Source of the DNA: Octopus vulgaris
Lineage: Eukaryota
DNA: 64,000 nucleotides
Direction: 5' to 3'
Assembly (NCBI GenBank): GCA_951406725.2
Contig: OX597817.1
Span: forward strand, 48,050,001-48,114,000
Position numbers and translations under genes: made by a program. Below the pieces are notes generated by a model. It had not been told where the DNA came from and did not search any database. It saw nothing but the letters and a program-made list of their open reading frames with translations. Of this stretch, positions 25,451 through 38,892 are shown piece after piece. Every line of letters starts with the position of its first letter. The stretch's first letter is position 1.

Positions 25451-25889
25451 ATTATGCGTATTGTCAGATTTCCGAATCAGCCTTTCGATCACGACACACC
25501 TTTTGATACATTGAATGATTACCTCAACTTCGCAAACCGCGGCACGCAGAAAGAATGAGCTAGAAGCCAAGAATTTGAGTTTACGGAGCACAGAAGCAAT
25601 ATCTATTATATATCACTTGAGGAAACACAAGATCTCATAATGTAGGGAAACAGTTACATAACCAAATATTGATACTTGCGAGTCTGGAGAACTACGTTGC
25701 GTGGAAACAATTGTTATGATTACAAATAAATGTTTTTCTGTACTCTTTCTTGTTGACACCAAATTATTCAATTATATAATATATATAGTTAATCCAAACA
25801 TGAAAACACAAAGAGAAAACACAACAACGCGAGGACGTGGAACAAGTATAGTGTTATTGGACGCTCAGGAAAGGAAAGAAAGAAGGAGG

Positions 25890-25924
25890 ATTTAACGTTT
25901 CGAGCGGATCTCTTCGTCAGAAAC
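25890..25924 (-). ncRNA. Ultra-minimal hammerhead-like motif in a PLE-type repeat (25787-25995)
   Basis: GUUU-CUGACGA-A-GAG aucc g CUC-GAAACGUU-AAAU; stem I is weak. Confidence 0.5.
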
Positions 25925-25999
25925 ATAGGAAAAGGAAAGATCCAAAGAAGGGAAGACGGAGGAAAAAAATCGCCAACGATACACACGCGGTCACATATG

Positions 26000-26061
<62 letters not shown>

Positions 26062-26065
26062 CGTG

Positions 26066-26114
<49 letters not shown>

Positions 26115-26547
26115 CGTGTATATATATATATAGGCGCAGGAGTGGGTGTACGGTTAGTAGCTTGTTTACCAACTACACAGTTTCGGGTTCAGCCCCACTT
26201 CGTGGCACCTTGGACAGACCAAAGCCTTGTGAGTGGATTTGGTAAACGGAAACTGAAAGAAGCCAGTCGTATATATACATATATACATGTGTGTGTGTGT
26301 GTGTGTTTGTATATGTTTGTATCTGTGTTAGTCCCCCCACCATCATCGCTTGACAACTGATGTTAGTGTGTTTAAGTCCCCGTAACTTAGCGGTTCTGCA
26401 GAAGGGATCGATAGAACATGTACTAGATTTACAAAGAATAAGTCTTGGAGTCGATTTGTTCGACTAAAGGCGGTGCTCCAGCATGGCCACACTCAAATGA
26501 CTGAAAGAAATAAAAGAATATACATACATACATACATACATACATAT

Positions 26548-27410
26548 GTATTATCTACCGATGAGACATGACGTTGTAGCTAGGACACTGTATAATGAAA
26601 TCTGTCGGAAGGATAATCCCGAGGACAAAGAAATAAGAACCCACAATATGGTAGAAGCCATAGCTACTCATAATGAAAAGGAATGTTGGTGAAATGCACC
26701 AGTGAAGACTTCAATAAAATGTAAGCACAACAGACCTGGTATAATGATTTGGGACAGAGAAGAGAAACTGTGCACAGTTGTGGAAATTAGCTGCCCAGCA
26801 GATGTTAACATAAAGCTGAAGATCAGTGAAAAAGAGAATACCTATGCTGAACTATTGAGAAATCTGCAGTTACTGTATCCAGATTACAAGTTCAGGTTTA
26901 TATCTGTAATTATTGGGGCCCTGGGATATGTAACACACTGCCTAAATACCAATCTTGAGAAACTAGGCTTCTCAAAACCAGGAAAGGGAAAGCTAATTCG
27001 AAGATTATAGATCCAATCCATCACTGGAACTGTAAAAATCTATAAAACTTTCCAGAAGTTTATCATTTAAATATATACGAGCATGTCTAGATATGCAACT
27101 ATATGCATGAGAATACATACATAAAACATACAAATCTGCACATACATACATACATACATACATACATACATACATACATACATACATACATACATACATA
27201 CAAAATACCCTGTTTATTATCTTGAAATAAACCGAATAATGACATACATCCACACATACAATAAAACTCTGTTGTTGATGTTCAAATCCCAATGAGAGAG
27301 CCTTGAATCTAGGTTAGAAACCGGTTCTTTCTCTATTGACAAGAAATTTTGAAATAAAACTGAATAATGACATAAATACAACAACATACATAAAACATAC
27401 AAATCTGCCC
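26548..27410 (+). mobile_element. R4/Dong-like LINE 3' fragment (restriction-like endonuclease domain and 3' UTR) in (TACA)n
   Basis: RHDVVARTLYNEI, KHNRPGIMIWD..VVEISCP..K..EK..Y. The 3' UTR is partly duplicated. Confidence 0.8.
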
Positions 27411-27462
27411 ATACATACATACATACATACATACATACATACATACATACATACATACATAC

Positions 27463-27995
27463 ATGGTGGATGCCCCCTCGTTATCGAGTATGGCCATTCC
27501 ACAAAGCTTAATCAATGGTGTTATCGTGCAATGCCTGTGCAAGAAGATTTTTTTTTTAAAGTGAGGAAAGGCTGTACACTGAGTCAATCCCACTCACTAA
27601 GCAATAGCAGCCATAATCCGAAATGAAGAACAAGTCAACATCATCGGTAACCACTGAGCCACAGGTTTTATGTCGGAGTTATCCCAGTTACCTGAGTTAC
27701 ATTCTCCTAGAAGGATGCCCTAACAAAGGCTAGGAGTCCTTCACTCCCAATGGTTTAACCGCGCGATCGGGTATTCAGTCCGATTATTTCTATGTCCCCG
27801 TTGATGGCCGTTGACTCTCAAGAGTTCCTATGCCCTTTGACGGGTTTTGTTTTTCATCCTGCAGGGTGTCCAATAAACGCCCTCTTCACCAAGCAAGCTT
27901 GGTGGGGTTGCCGGTTTAGTCGCCGACGACCCGACCATGCAACAGGTTGTACTGGGTTACATGTTACCAGTAGCACTCGAAAGTGACCTGACTTT
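27463..27995 (-). mobile_element. Probable non-autonomous RTE-related retroposon in (TACA)n
   Basis: Non-coding and more GC-rich than its flanks, bounded by (TACA)n on both sides, with a structured end at 27943-27990. RTE affinity is by resemblance only. Confidence 0.4.
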
Positions 27996-28387
27996 ACATA
28001 CATACATATATACATACATACATACATACATACATACATACATACATACACACACACATACATACGCACATATGTTAGTCTGTACATTTGATAGCTTGCA
28101 TAGTCAAATACCGTAGAGTGTAAGTTATGTATATATTCTTCAGAATAATTCTATATACATTCTTGACTATATTTGGTAGAATCAGTGGTTATTACACCTT
28201 GGGAATTTTCCAAATATGTTTATTCAGACGGTATACCTTCCGCCCATTGCTATTGACGTAGGAGCAAACCTGTTCTAAAATCTTAATTGTGGAAGCAGGT
28301 GTCTCGAAGCCTCCTACTGCGGTTGCATATATTATTTTTGTGATTAATGATTATTGTCTATTTTGTCTTATTATTAGAAAGATTTGG

Positions 28388-29128
28388 GGGCGACGAGCTG
28401 ACAGAATGGTTACCACCCTGGATGAAATTCTTAGCGGTATATCGCTCGTTGCTACGTTCTAAGTTCAAATTCCGCCGAGGTTGACTTTACCGTTCATCCT
28501 TTCGGGGTCCGTAAATTAAGTACAAAACACTGGGATCGATGTAATCGATTCGCCCCTCCTCCCAAATTTCGGGCCTTCTGACTATAGTCGAAAGGATTAT
28601 TATTATTATTAATGCGGTGAGCTGGCAGAAACGTTAGCGCGCCGGGCGAAAGGCTTAGCGGTATTTCGTCTGCCGCTACGTTCTGAGTTCAAATTCCGCC
28701 GAGGTCGACTTTGCCTTTCATCCTTTCGGGGTCGATTAAATAAGTACCAGTTACGCACTGGGGTCGATATAATCGACTTAATCTGTTTGTCTGTCCTTGT
28801 TTGTCCTCTCTGTGTTTAGCCCCCTGTGGGTAGTAAAGAAATAGGTATTTCGCCCGTTGCTACATTCTGAGTTCAAATTCCGCCGAGGTCGACTTTGCCT
28901 TTCATCCTTTCGGGGTCGATTAAATAAGTACCAGCTACGCACTGTGAGTAGTAAGAAATAGGTATTTCGCCCGTTGCTACGTTCTGAGTTCAAATTCCGC
29001 CGAGGCCGACTTTACCGTTCATCCTTACGGGGTCCGTAAATTAAGTACCAGTGAAACACCAATATCGAAGTAATCGACTAGTCCCTCCCCCCCAAAAAAA
29101 TTCAGACCTTCTGACTATAGTAGAAATG

Positions 29129-29200
<72 letters not shown>

Positions 29201-29970
29201 ACGGTAAGGTGGCGGAATCGTTAGCACGCTGGACGAAATGCTTAGCAGTATTTCGCCCGTTGCTACGTTCTGAGTTCAAATTCCACCTAGGTTGACTTTG
29301 CCGTTCATCTTTACGGGGTCTATAAGTTAAGTACAAGTTAACGTACTGGGTCGATCTAATCGGCTGGTTCCTTCCCTAAAAATTTCGAGGATTATCATTA
29401 TTATCAATGCGGCGAAAAGGCGGTGAGCTGGCAGAAACGTTAGCACGCCGGGCGAAATGCTTAGCGGTATTTCGTCTGCGTTACGTTGTGAGTTCAAATT
29501 CCGCCGAGGTCGACTTTGCCTTTCATCCTTTCGGGGTCGATAAATTAAGTACCAGTTATGCACTGGAGTCGATGTAATCGACTTAATACCTATGTCTGTC
29601 CTTGTTTGTCCCCTCTGTGTTTAGCCCCTTGTGGGTAATAAAGAAATAGGTATTTCGTCTGCCGCTACGTTCTGAGTTCAAATTCCGCCGAGGTCGACTT
29701 TGCCTTTCATCCTTTCGGGGTCGATAAATTAAGTACCAGTTACGCACTGGGGTCGATATAATCGACTTAATCCGTTTGTCTCCTCTGTGGGCAGTAAAGA
29801 AATAGGTATTTCGTCTGCTGTTACGTTGTGAGTTCAAATTCCACCGAGGTCGACTTTGCCTTTCATCCTATCGAAGTCGATAAATTAAGTACCAGTTACG
29901 TACTGGGGTTGATCTAATTGACTATCCCCCTCCCCAAAAGTTTCGGGCCTTGTACCTAGAATAGAAGAGA
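28388..29970 (+). mobile_element. Head-to-tail cluster of SINE family B copies
   Basis: About eight repeats of gttcaaattccgccgaggtcgactttgcc, several lacking the 5' head. Confidence 0.85.
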
Positions 29971-32883
29971 ATATTTATACTTAAACCATGGGAATCGACT
30001 TAGCTACGACCAATCAGTGTATCGAGTGAGGTATCTGCATTTGTTTGGCGCTTGTTTCTCTGTTTCAATATCTATTGTCCAAGAATACTATTGATTCATT
30101 TTCCTTCGTTCTATTTGGTCGAATTTGGATTCAACACAGTTGACAATTTGCTGGAAGCCGAGTGAAGCCGGCTTGAAATTACAAAACGTGGCGATATACG
30201 GCTGAAGTTAACGAAATTGTTTCGTCAAATCAAGGATCTGTGCCGTATGCACCAGGCAAGGGTTCTCACTAAATGAGTCGAGGTATCCGTCAGCCAGGTA
30301 ATTGAATTAAAAATCGTGTTTCTATATTAAAAAAAAAAAGAAAACCGTTGATGGGCGCCAGATTTTTTGTTATTAAAAAGCGGGGCACTAGAAAATAGGT
30401 TGGGAAACACTGCTCTAGAGTGAAAACAGGACAATCAAACCCCATGATTGATCGTTAACCACTACACACATTTTTTTCTCTCCTTGTTTCTCTCCTTTTT
30501 TCTCTCCTTGTTTTTTCTGTGTCCCTTTCTGTAGAAGAGTGTAGGCTGGAAACGTAAAAGACTTTTTCTATTCCTGAGCGCTATACTAATACATCTATTT
30601 GTTTTGTACACCACCTGTCTTCGTCTTTTGCTTTTTTTTCGTAAACTCTCCCTCAATCAAACTCCAACCAAACAGTAGTTGAACTCATGATATAAAGCGA
30701 TGGAATTGAGTATCGCAAATCGTTCTATCAGACGCGTAATCGATTCTTGCACATCAGCGTTATCAGATGTTTAACAATAAGCATCTAAAGCAAAACATCC
30801 GCTTATTTGTCATCAAGTCTCAAACCAAACAACAATACAAAAATTCTTGCATACTTCCTTGTTGTTCTGGAATCTCCTTTGAATTTCCGGCAATCCTTAA
30901 AGGAAACTTGTTTCCCTATTATCAACATGAAACATGCCAATGCATGTCTACTGATACGATTATTTGTTTACATTTGTTTTTCCAGAAACAATGCAGAAAA
31001 GAAGGATGGGTTGATGGAAGTATTTTATCCTTATTCGCCAAAGTTGCAAGTTCAAGAACTACTAAAGATTGAATATATTTCCTTGATTACTCCACGGGGC
31101 TGAGTTTAAATATCGCACAGATTGACTTTGCCTTTTAAACCTTTTAAGCTTTCGAATCGATAAAATAAATACCTATTTCTTTACTACCCATAAGGGGCTA
31201 AACACAGAGGGGACAAACAAGAACAGACAACCGGATTAAGTCGATTACATCGATCCCTGTACATAACAGGTACTTAATTTATCGACCCCGAAAGGATGAA
31301 AGGCAAAGTCGACCTCGGCGGAATTTGAACTCAGAACGTAATGGCAGACGAAATACGGCTACGCATTTCGCCCGGCGTGCTAACGTTTCTGCCAGCTCGC
31401 CGCTTTGATAAAATAAATACCAGTTCGACACAGGGGTCACTATAATCGGCTTACCCCTTCCTCCTAAAATTGCTGGCCTTTTGTGAAAAAAAGAAAGAAT
31501 AATCACCCCAAGATGTGAAGCTGAATGGCTTAGTGGTTAGGGTGTTGCATTCACAATCACAAGTTCATTGTTTCGATTCCCTGATTGGGTGACACGTTAT
31601 GATCTTGGGCAAAACACTTCATTTTACGTTGTTCCAGTCCACTCAGCTGTAGATGAGTAACCCTGCAACAGACTGGCGTCGCATCCAGGGGGAATATTCT
31701 GGTTTCGGTCACTTATATGTTATGGAAGCCGGGTGACCGGCCTATGAGTTCTAAGAGTCGAGACAATGCTTAATTACTCCAGGGTCAAGCAGCTAGCTGG
31801 CAGAATCGTTAGAGTAACGAAAAAACGCTTTCTGGTATTTGCTCCGACTCATTACGTTCTGAGTTCAAATCTCTCTGAGGTCAGATTTGCCTTTCATCTC
31901 TGCGGGGTCGATAAAATAAAATAGCAGTCAAGTACTGGGGTCTCAAAATTGTTGGGTCTCGCGCCTAAAACAGAAATCATGTTTCTCCAGAGCGGGGTTT
32001 AGACAACGGTCGAGGGCAATTAGATCAATAACAGCCGCGTGTCAAATGTTTTTCCTAATAAATTAACCTTATGTTCTAGTTAATTTTTTGTTTTTTCGTT
32101 TAACCTCAGACTGCTTCGGATTGAGCAAACCCTTTATGTGTTTTCATTTCCAGGAATAGTTTATCTCGAGCTATATCATACAATTTATAAAGTGGAGGCG
32201 CAATGGCCCAGTGGTTAGGGCAGCGGACTCGCGGTCTCAGGATCGCGGTTTCGATTCCCAGACCGGGCGTTGTGAGTGTTTATTGAGTGAAAACACCTAA
32301 AGCTCCACGAAGCTCCGGCAGGGAAGGTGGTGATCCCTGCTGTACTCTTTCACCACGACTTTCTCTCACTCTTACTTCCTGTTTCTGTTGTACCTGTATT
32401 TCAAAGGGCCGGCCTTGTCACTCTCTGTATCACGCTGAATATCCCCGAGAACTACGTTAAGGGTGCACGTGTCTGTGGAGTGCTCAGCCACTTACACGTT
32501 AATTTCACGAGCAGGCTGTTCCGTTGATTCGGATCAACCGGAACCCTCGTCGTCGTAACCGACGGAGTGCTTCCACAAGTTATAAATATAACATAAATTA
32601 ATAATAATAAATATAATAAATGCGCCCTTTTAAAGCCTAACCAGACTCATGGGCCCGGTTTCCCGGTTTCAATGGCGTACGTGTTCCCCAGCTGGACGGG
32701 ACGCCAGTCCATCGCTGCCAGCTGAGTGGACTGGAGCAACGTGAAATGAAGTATTTTGCTAAAGAACACAACACGTCGCCCGATCCAGGAATCGAAACCA
32801 CAATCTTACGATCATGATGCTGACACCCTAACCACTAAGCCACGCGCCTCCACAGCATATAAATTAAAATATATAAATTACAA

Positions 32884-34085
32884 GGCGGCAAGCTGGCGGA
32901 ATAGTTACCACGTCTGACAGAATGTTTAGAGGTATTTTGTCCGTCTTTACGTTCTGAGATCAAATTCTTCCGACGTCGATTTACCTTTCAGCCTTTCGGG
33001 AGTTCATAAATTAAGTACCAGTGAAATACTGGAGTCGACGTGATTGCCTAGTCTCCTACCCCAAAATTTCAGGCCTTTAGTAGAAAGGATTATTAAGGCG
33101 GCGAGCTGGCAGAAACGTTAGCACGCCGGGCGAAATGCTTAGCGGTATTTCGTCTGCCGCTACGTTCTGAATTCAAATTCCGCCGAGGTCGACTTTGCCT
33201 TTCATCCTTTCGGGGTCAATTAAATAAGTACCAGTTACGCACTGGGGTCGATGTAATCGACTTAATCCGTTTGTCTGTCCTTGTTTGTCCCCTCTATGTT
33301 TAGCCCCTTGTGGGCAATAAAGAAATAAGAAACGTTAGCACGCCGGGCGAAATGCTTAGCGGTATGTCGTCTGCCGCTACGTTCTGAGTTCAAACATAGG
33401 GCAGCGGATTCGCGGTCATAGGATCGGGGTTTCGATGTCCAGACCGGGCGTTGTGAGTGTTTATTGAGCGAAAACACCTAAAGCTCCACGAGGCTTCGGC
33501 AGGGGATGATGGTGATCCCTGCTGTACTCTTTCACCGCAACTTTCTCTCACTCTTATTTCCTGTTTTTGTTGTACCTGTATTTCAAAGGGCCGGCCTTGT
33601 CACTCTCTGTGTCACGCTGAATATCCCCGAGCACTACGTTAAGGGTACACGTGTCTGTGGAGTGCTCAGCCACTTACACGTTAATTTCCGTTGATTCGGA
33701 TCAACCGGAACCCTCGTCGTCGTAACCGACGGAGTGCTCCCTCCTCCTCTGAGTTCAAATTCTGCCGAGGTCGACTTTGCCTTTCATCCTTTCAGGGTCG
33801 ATAAATTAAGTACCAGTTACGCACTGGGGTCGATATAATCGACTTAATTCTTCTGTCTGTCCTTGTTTGTCTCCTCTGTGTTTAGTCCCTTGTAGGTAGT
33901 AAAAAATAGGTATTTCGTCTGCCGTTACGTCCTGAGTTCAAATTCCGCCGAGGTTGTCTTAATATTTCATCGTTGCGAGTCGATAAAATTAAGTTCCAAT
34001 CGAACACTGGGGTCACTCTGCAATCGATTAGCCCTCCTAACCCCAAAATTTCAGGTCTCGTGCTTATAGTAGGAAGGGCTATTAT
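32884..34085 (+). mobile_element. SINE family B cluster with nested family C SINE (33397-33745)
   Basis: The nested copy is flanked by a 12-bp duplication tctgagttcaaa (33383-33394, 33748-33759). Confidence 0.85.
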
Positions 34086-34449
34086 TATTTGGATTTGTTG
34101 ATTTCGTTTCGTTTGGCGATTCGGTTTTAGGTTTTATTTGTGAAGCATGTTTTACTGTTTTTGTTTACCTGAAACTGTTTCAAGCAGAAGTTCGTGTTAA
34201 ATGTCCTGTTTTCTCATTCACATTGGTGTGGAGTGATGTGAGGTGGAGTGAGGTAAAATAAGGGATTTTTGTTTTTTGTCATTTAAAACATTTCTGGCTG
34301 GGATAACATTTTTAAAAAATGCAACACACAGTGTTTTCCATGATGTTAGGGGGAAGAGAATCTTACGGTTGAGACCGTAGCCTTGCGTAAATAAACGATT
34401 GTAAAGAAAACACTCCTTCATTCAATAAAAAAAAATTATAAAGAAAATG

Positions 34450-35305
34450 AACAAAAGAGTAAAATAAGAGTTTGAAAAGAAGATAAAGAAAAAAGTCAAC
34501 TTGAGAAATGTCGATTGTGACAACACTAGAGTTACAAAAAAAATTACATGATCTCTTTCACTGCTAACGAAATAAATAATAGCGCAGCAACGGAAAACTT
34601 GGCAATCGTTGATCACACACAAATCAAAACAAAAGCGTTTTTTGCCGGCGTAACTGGGAACAAGAGGAAACTAGATTTAATGTCTTTCAAGGTAGGCCTT
34701 GAAAGACAAGGATTCTTGGGTAGATGAGTTTGTCGAGAAGAGGGGAAAGGAACAGAGAAGTAGTTTTGTTTCTCATTGAAAATTAATCGGGACTGCAACA
34801 TGCCCACGGAAAGGAAATTTGAAAAAGTTCAAGCCGATGTGGTAGAAAGCCTGTTACGTAGGTTAGAGCCAAGGTTTCGGTACCATAAACCTGGAAATGA
34901 AAATAACAGAGGTTTATGCTTGTTGAACATATTTAGAACAACCCCAATCCCATGTAATACATTGTGGAGAGGGTCATGTTTAAACCTGGGTTTGATGTGG
35001 TGCCCCACGTGACGTAAGCATTCGACATAGTTCCACATGCCAGCAACGATCAGGTACTGGACGAATGCGTGCAGAACAATTTTGTCAATCTGATAGCATC
35101 TCGGACGGACCTGGTCAACGGTTCTTCCTTGCCTATATAGTTTGTCTCGAATAGGCAGTGTTTCTCGCTAGCACTGCCGGGTAAGGGATTTCTGGAAATT
35201 ATCCATGGGCTCAAGTCCAAAAATCCCCATGGGAAAGACTATCCGGGTGATTTTCGTCGACGCCTAGATTTCTCCGAGAACGACATCTTTCTTACCCACC
35301 ACTAA
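34450..35305 (-). mobile_element. Decayed Tx1/L1-like LINE 3' part
   Basis: Minus strand gives MDNFQKSL..LPIRDKLYRQG..RPRC..VLHAFVQ..MWNYVE (zf-RVT-like). Confidence 0.7.
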
Positions 35306-35309
35306 TCGC

Positions 35310-35679
35310 TCTATATATAAACGGCAAAATGTCTGTCTCTGTGTGTGTCCTTTATACAAATCCACAATTTTTCAGTTAGAGGGCTCGCACTTTCTATGGT
35401 CATTTAAAACCGTCTAAGGGTGGTCGTGCATATAAAGATGTGCACATTTTCCCAGTCACCCTGCAAAGCCCTTAAAAAATTAATAGAAGTGACATTTTTG
35501 TGAATTTTCTATCCAAAACCCAATCGAAATGCCCGCAACTTGATACGCCAATTGAATGCCAGCTAGCTGTATGTGATTAGTCGTAGATATGGACAGTACT
35601 CGCGTGTATGTGTGCATGCACGCAGCTGTATAAGCATGCACTAGCACTATGACCCGGCGTTGCCAGGTCATAGTGCTAG
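35310..35679 (+). mobile_element. Non-autonomous Helitron-like element
   Basis: 5' TCTATATATAAA; GC-rich 3' hairpin; terminal CTAG followed by T. Confidence 0.7.
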
Positions 35680-37043
35680 TTTTCTATATAACGCCAACGT
35701 GGATTCTCCATCTGAATAAAGGGCTGTAAGCGTTTGACGTCATTACAAAATAATAATACGTGATTTCAGTTTCGGATTTGACAAAGATTGACAAGTACCT
35801 TTCAGCTTTTGCCAACGGTGTTTTGAGTAGGAAAGGAACGAATAACGCAATTGAGTCACACCGAAAAAAAAAAGCTAACGTCAATATATCACAATTAGGA
35901 GCAGGCATTCCAACCAAAAGGCGGCGAGCTGGCAGAAACGTTAGCACACCGGGCAAAATGCCTACCGGTATTTCGTCCAAGTTCAAATTCCGCCGAGGTC
36001 GACTTTGCCTTTCATCCTTTCGGGGTCGATTAAATAAGTACCAGTTACGCACTGGGGTCGATATGATCGACTTAATCCGTTTGTCTCTCCTTGTTTGTCC
36101 CCTCTGTGTTCAGCCCCCTGTGCGTACTAAAGAAATAGGTATTCCAACCAAATTGATAGTATGAATATTGTAGTTTACAAAAACAAGTTCACTGTTTTTC
36201 TTCTTTATTTCTTTATTTCTTTATTGAACGCCATTTTGTAACCAGTTATGACTACGGCATTGTTATAGCGTTGAGATTGACAGTTTTATAAAACCCATCG
36301 TACATATATCTATGTATTCATTTATGTGTGTGTATCTTTGAACTTGTCTCCCCTTCTCCCGCTTGACATCTGGTGTTTGTTTGTTTACGGCCGTGGTGCG
36401 GTTAAAAAAAAGCAACGATAGAATAAGCTTAGACAAAAAAAAAAAAATAAATAGAAAATAAAAAATAAGAAGTATTGGTGTCAATTTATTCGACTAAACC
36501 CTTCAAAGTGATGTCCCAGTATGACCAAAGTATCGTGACCGAAAAAGGTAAAAGATAACAGACACTGTTGAAAGCCTGAAAACTTCAGTATTCGTCTTAA
36601 GAAAACATCTCTTATAGACACAGTGTTGAAAGTGAAGGCGCATGGCTCAGTGGTTAGAGTGTTGAGCTTACGATCATAGCATAAATCCACCATCCTCAGG
36701 TAAAATTTTAAACAGGTATAAGCAAGTGAGATGAAACTTTGATGACAAATCCAACACCATATTGGATAAATGGTATTTTTAAATTTGAATCTTTAGGGAA
36801 ATCAGATGTATAGCGGGCACGCAAGAAGCAAAGAGATAAAACAGCCTTTTTATTTGAAAGAGTTATTTTAGTTAATAGCCATGGCTTGCTATGAGGAAGG
36901 GCAAGAAGCTTAGACAAGCTGTGGCCGATTTATGTCTTTGAGGTCATTGAAACGAGAAATATATCTTGCTTGGCAAATGAGGTGAAAGAAAGCAAATCTC
37001 AAGGCAGCAGAAAGTCATAAAACTTCAATCACTTTCTCAAGCT

Positions 37044-37134
<91 letters not shown>

Positions 37135-37217
37135 CATATACAGTTGCGGCCAAAATGTTCAGAACGGCATTGTTTTCGTCAGAAAAGTAGATATAATTTT
37201 TTATCAAAGTTGTTTTA

Positions 37218-37612
37218 TTTTTATATATAAAAGTCAAGTTGTGTGTCTGTCTCCTACGATTTAGATTCCTAACTACTCCCACATTTTGCGGTGCATTTTA
37301 ACCAAAACCGGGTATCTTATAGTCGTGATTCATATCGAGCCCTTCTGGGTATTAGTGCGCGTCTACGATGAGTCTACGATTTAAAAAAAATTTACCATCA
37401 TTTTTTCCATTTTAATGCATTTTTTCGCTAGTAAAAAAGGGAAGTAACTCTCTAAAAATGTCTACGATGAGTCAACGATTTAAAAAAAAATTTACCATAA
37501 TTTTTTTCCATTTTTAATGCATTTTTTTGCTATTTTTTGGCTATAACTCTCTAAAAATGCTTATATAGTTATTTCCCTTACAAACCCGAGCAACGCCGGG
37601 CGATACTGCTAG
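37218..37612 (+). mobile_element. Non-autonomous Helitron-like element inserted in the left Tc1 TIR
   Basis: Absent from the right TIR; inserted at A|T with no TSD; ends cccgagcaacgccggg..CTAG. Confidence 0.82.
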
Positions 37613-37876
37613 TATTCTATAATTTTCACAGACAATAAATACGATATTATTTATTATTGCGTGAGATTTTAGTGTAATTTGAGAGGATAATACAAAAGTT
37701 ATGGATGATTTAGTGATTTACTGCAAAACCCATGGCGGCCAAAATGATCAGAACGGTTGCTTTTACTCCGTGTTTTAGTATATTTAACCGGCGAACTCTA
37801 ATGTTTTGAATTTGTTTACGTGACGGTTCGTTTACTAACATTAGTAAGAATATTTGCAGTGTACTTTGTTAATATA

Positions 37877-38892
37877 ATGCCATTTACTCCGTTACCAATT
37901 CGTCAGCAGATTATTAAGCTTCGAAGGAAGGATAATTTAAGTATTGGATCTATGGCAAAGATTGTTAACAAGTCAAAAAGTGTTGTACGCGGTATTCTTA
38001 AGGTCTACGATGATTGTGGTTCGTGTGAAGCAAGAAAGTTTACAGGTAGGCCAAGAAAACGACCAAGAAGGAAGATCGTGCTATGGTGAAGTTGGTTAAA
38101 AAGGACAGATTTAAAACTGCTGCTGCTGTTTCTCGGAAAATGAGCATTGTATTGAAGAAAACTTTATCTCGAAAAACTGTGTCTCGTCGTTTAGTTGAAC
38201 ATGACCTACAAGCAAGAGCACCTGCAGTGAAGCCACTGATCAGCTCCAAGAATAAAAAGTGTCGTCTTACCTTTGCAACCGAACATGTGTTGTGGTCTCA
38301 AGAAAAATGGCAAACGGTGCATTTCAGTGATGAATCTAAGTTTATGCTATTTGGCTCAGATGGGAAAAGGTACGTTCGTAGAAAAGTAGGTGAAAAATTG
38401 TTGCCTAAATGCCTTAAGACTAGTGTTAAGTTCGGTGGAGGAAGTGTCATGGTTTGGGGAATGATATCTGGAGATGGTGTGGGCCCTTTGGTGCGATTAC
38501 ATGGAAAGTTAAATGCAGGAGTTTATAAACAAGTTGTAAAAGATCATGTCTTGCCTGTGCTGAGAAATTCAACTAAGCGACCACCCATATTCATGCAGGA
38601 CAATGCCCCATGTCACAAGGCTAAGGTGGTCATGAACTTTCTCAAGGCTGAAAAGGTTATTGTTATGGATTGGCCAGCTCAAAGCCCAGATCTCAATCCT
38701 ATTGAAAATGTGTGGAATATTCTAGGAGAACGTTCGAAAGCCAGAAATCCTAAAACAACTGAGCAATTATGGAATGCCCTTCAGGAAGAATGGAATAAGA
38801 TCACCCAGCAAGAAATTGAAAATTTAATTTCCTCATGCAGTCGAAGATGTCAGAGTGTGATTGAAGCTAAACGGCTTCACACTAAATATTAA
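37877..38892 (+). pseudogene. Tc1 DD34E transposase, split by one frameshift near 38060
   Basis: HTH region to GRPRK in one frame; FSDESKF, QDNAPCH and SPDLNPIENVW in the next; 34 residues between the second D and E. Confidence 0.92.

Noticed and set aside
28388-29970. CRISPR-like repetition
   Set aside because: Long SINE bodies without unique fixed-length spacers; no cas genes; eukaryotic context.
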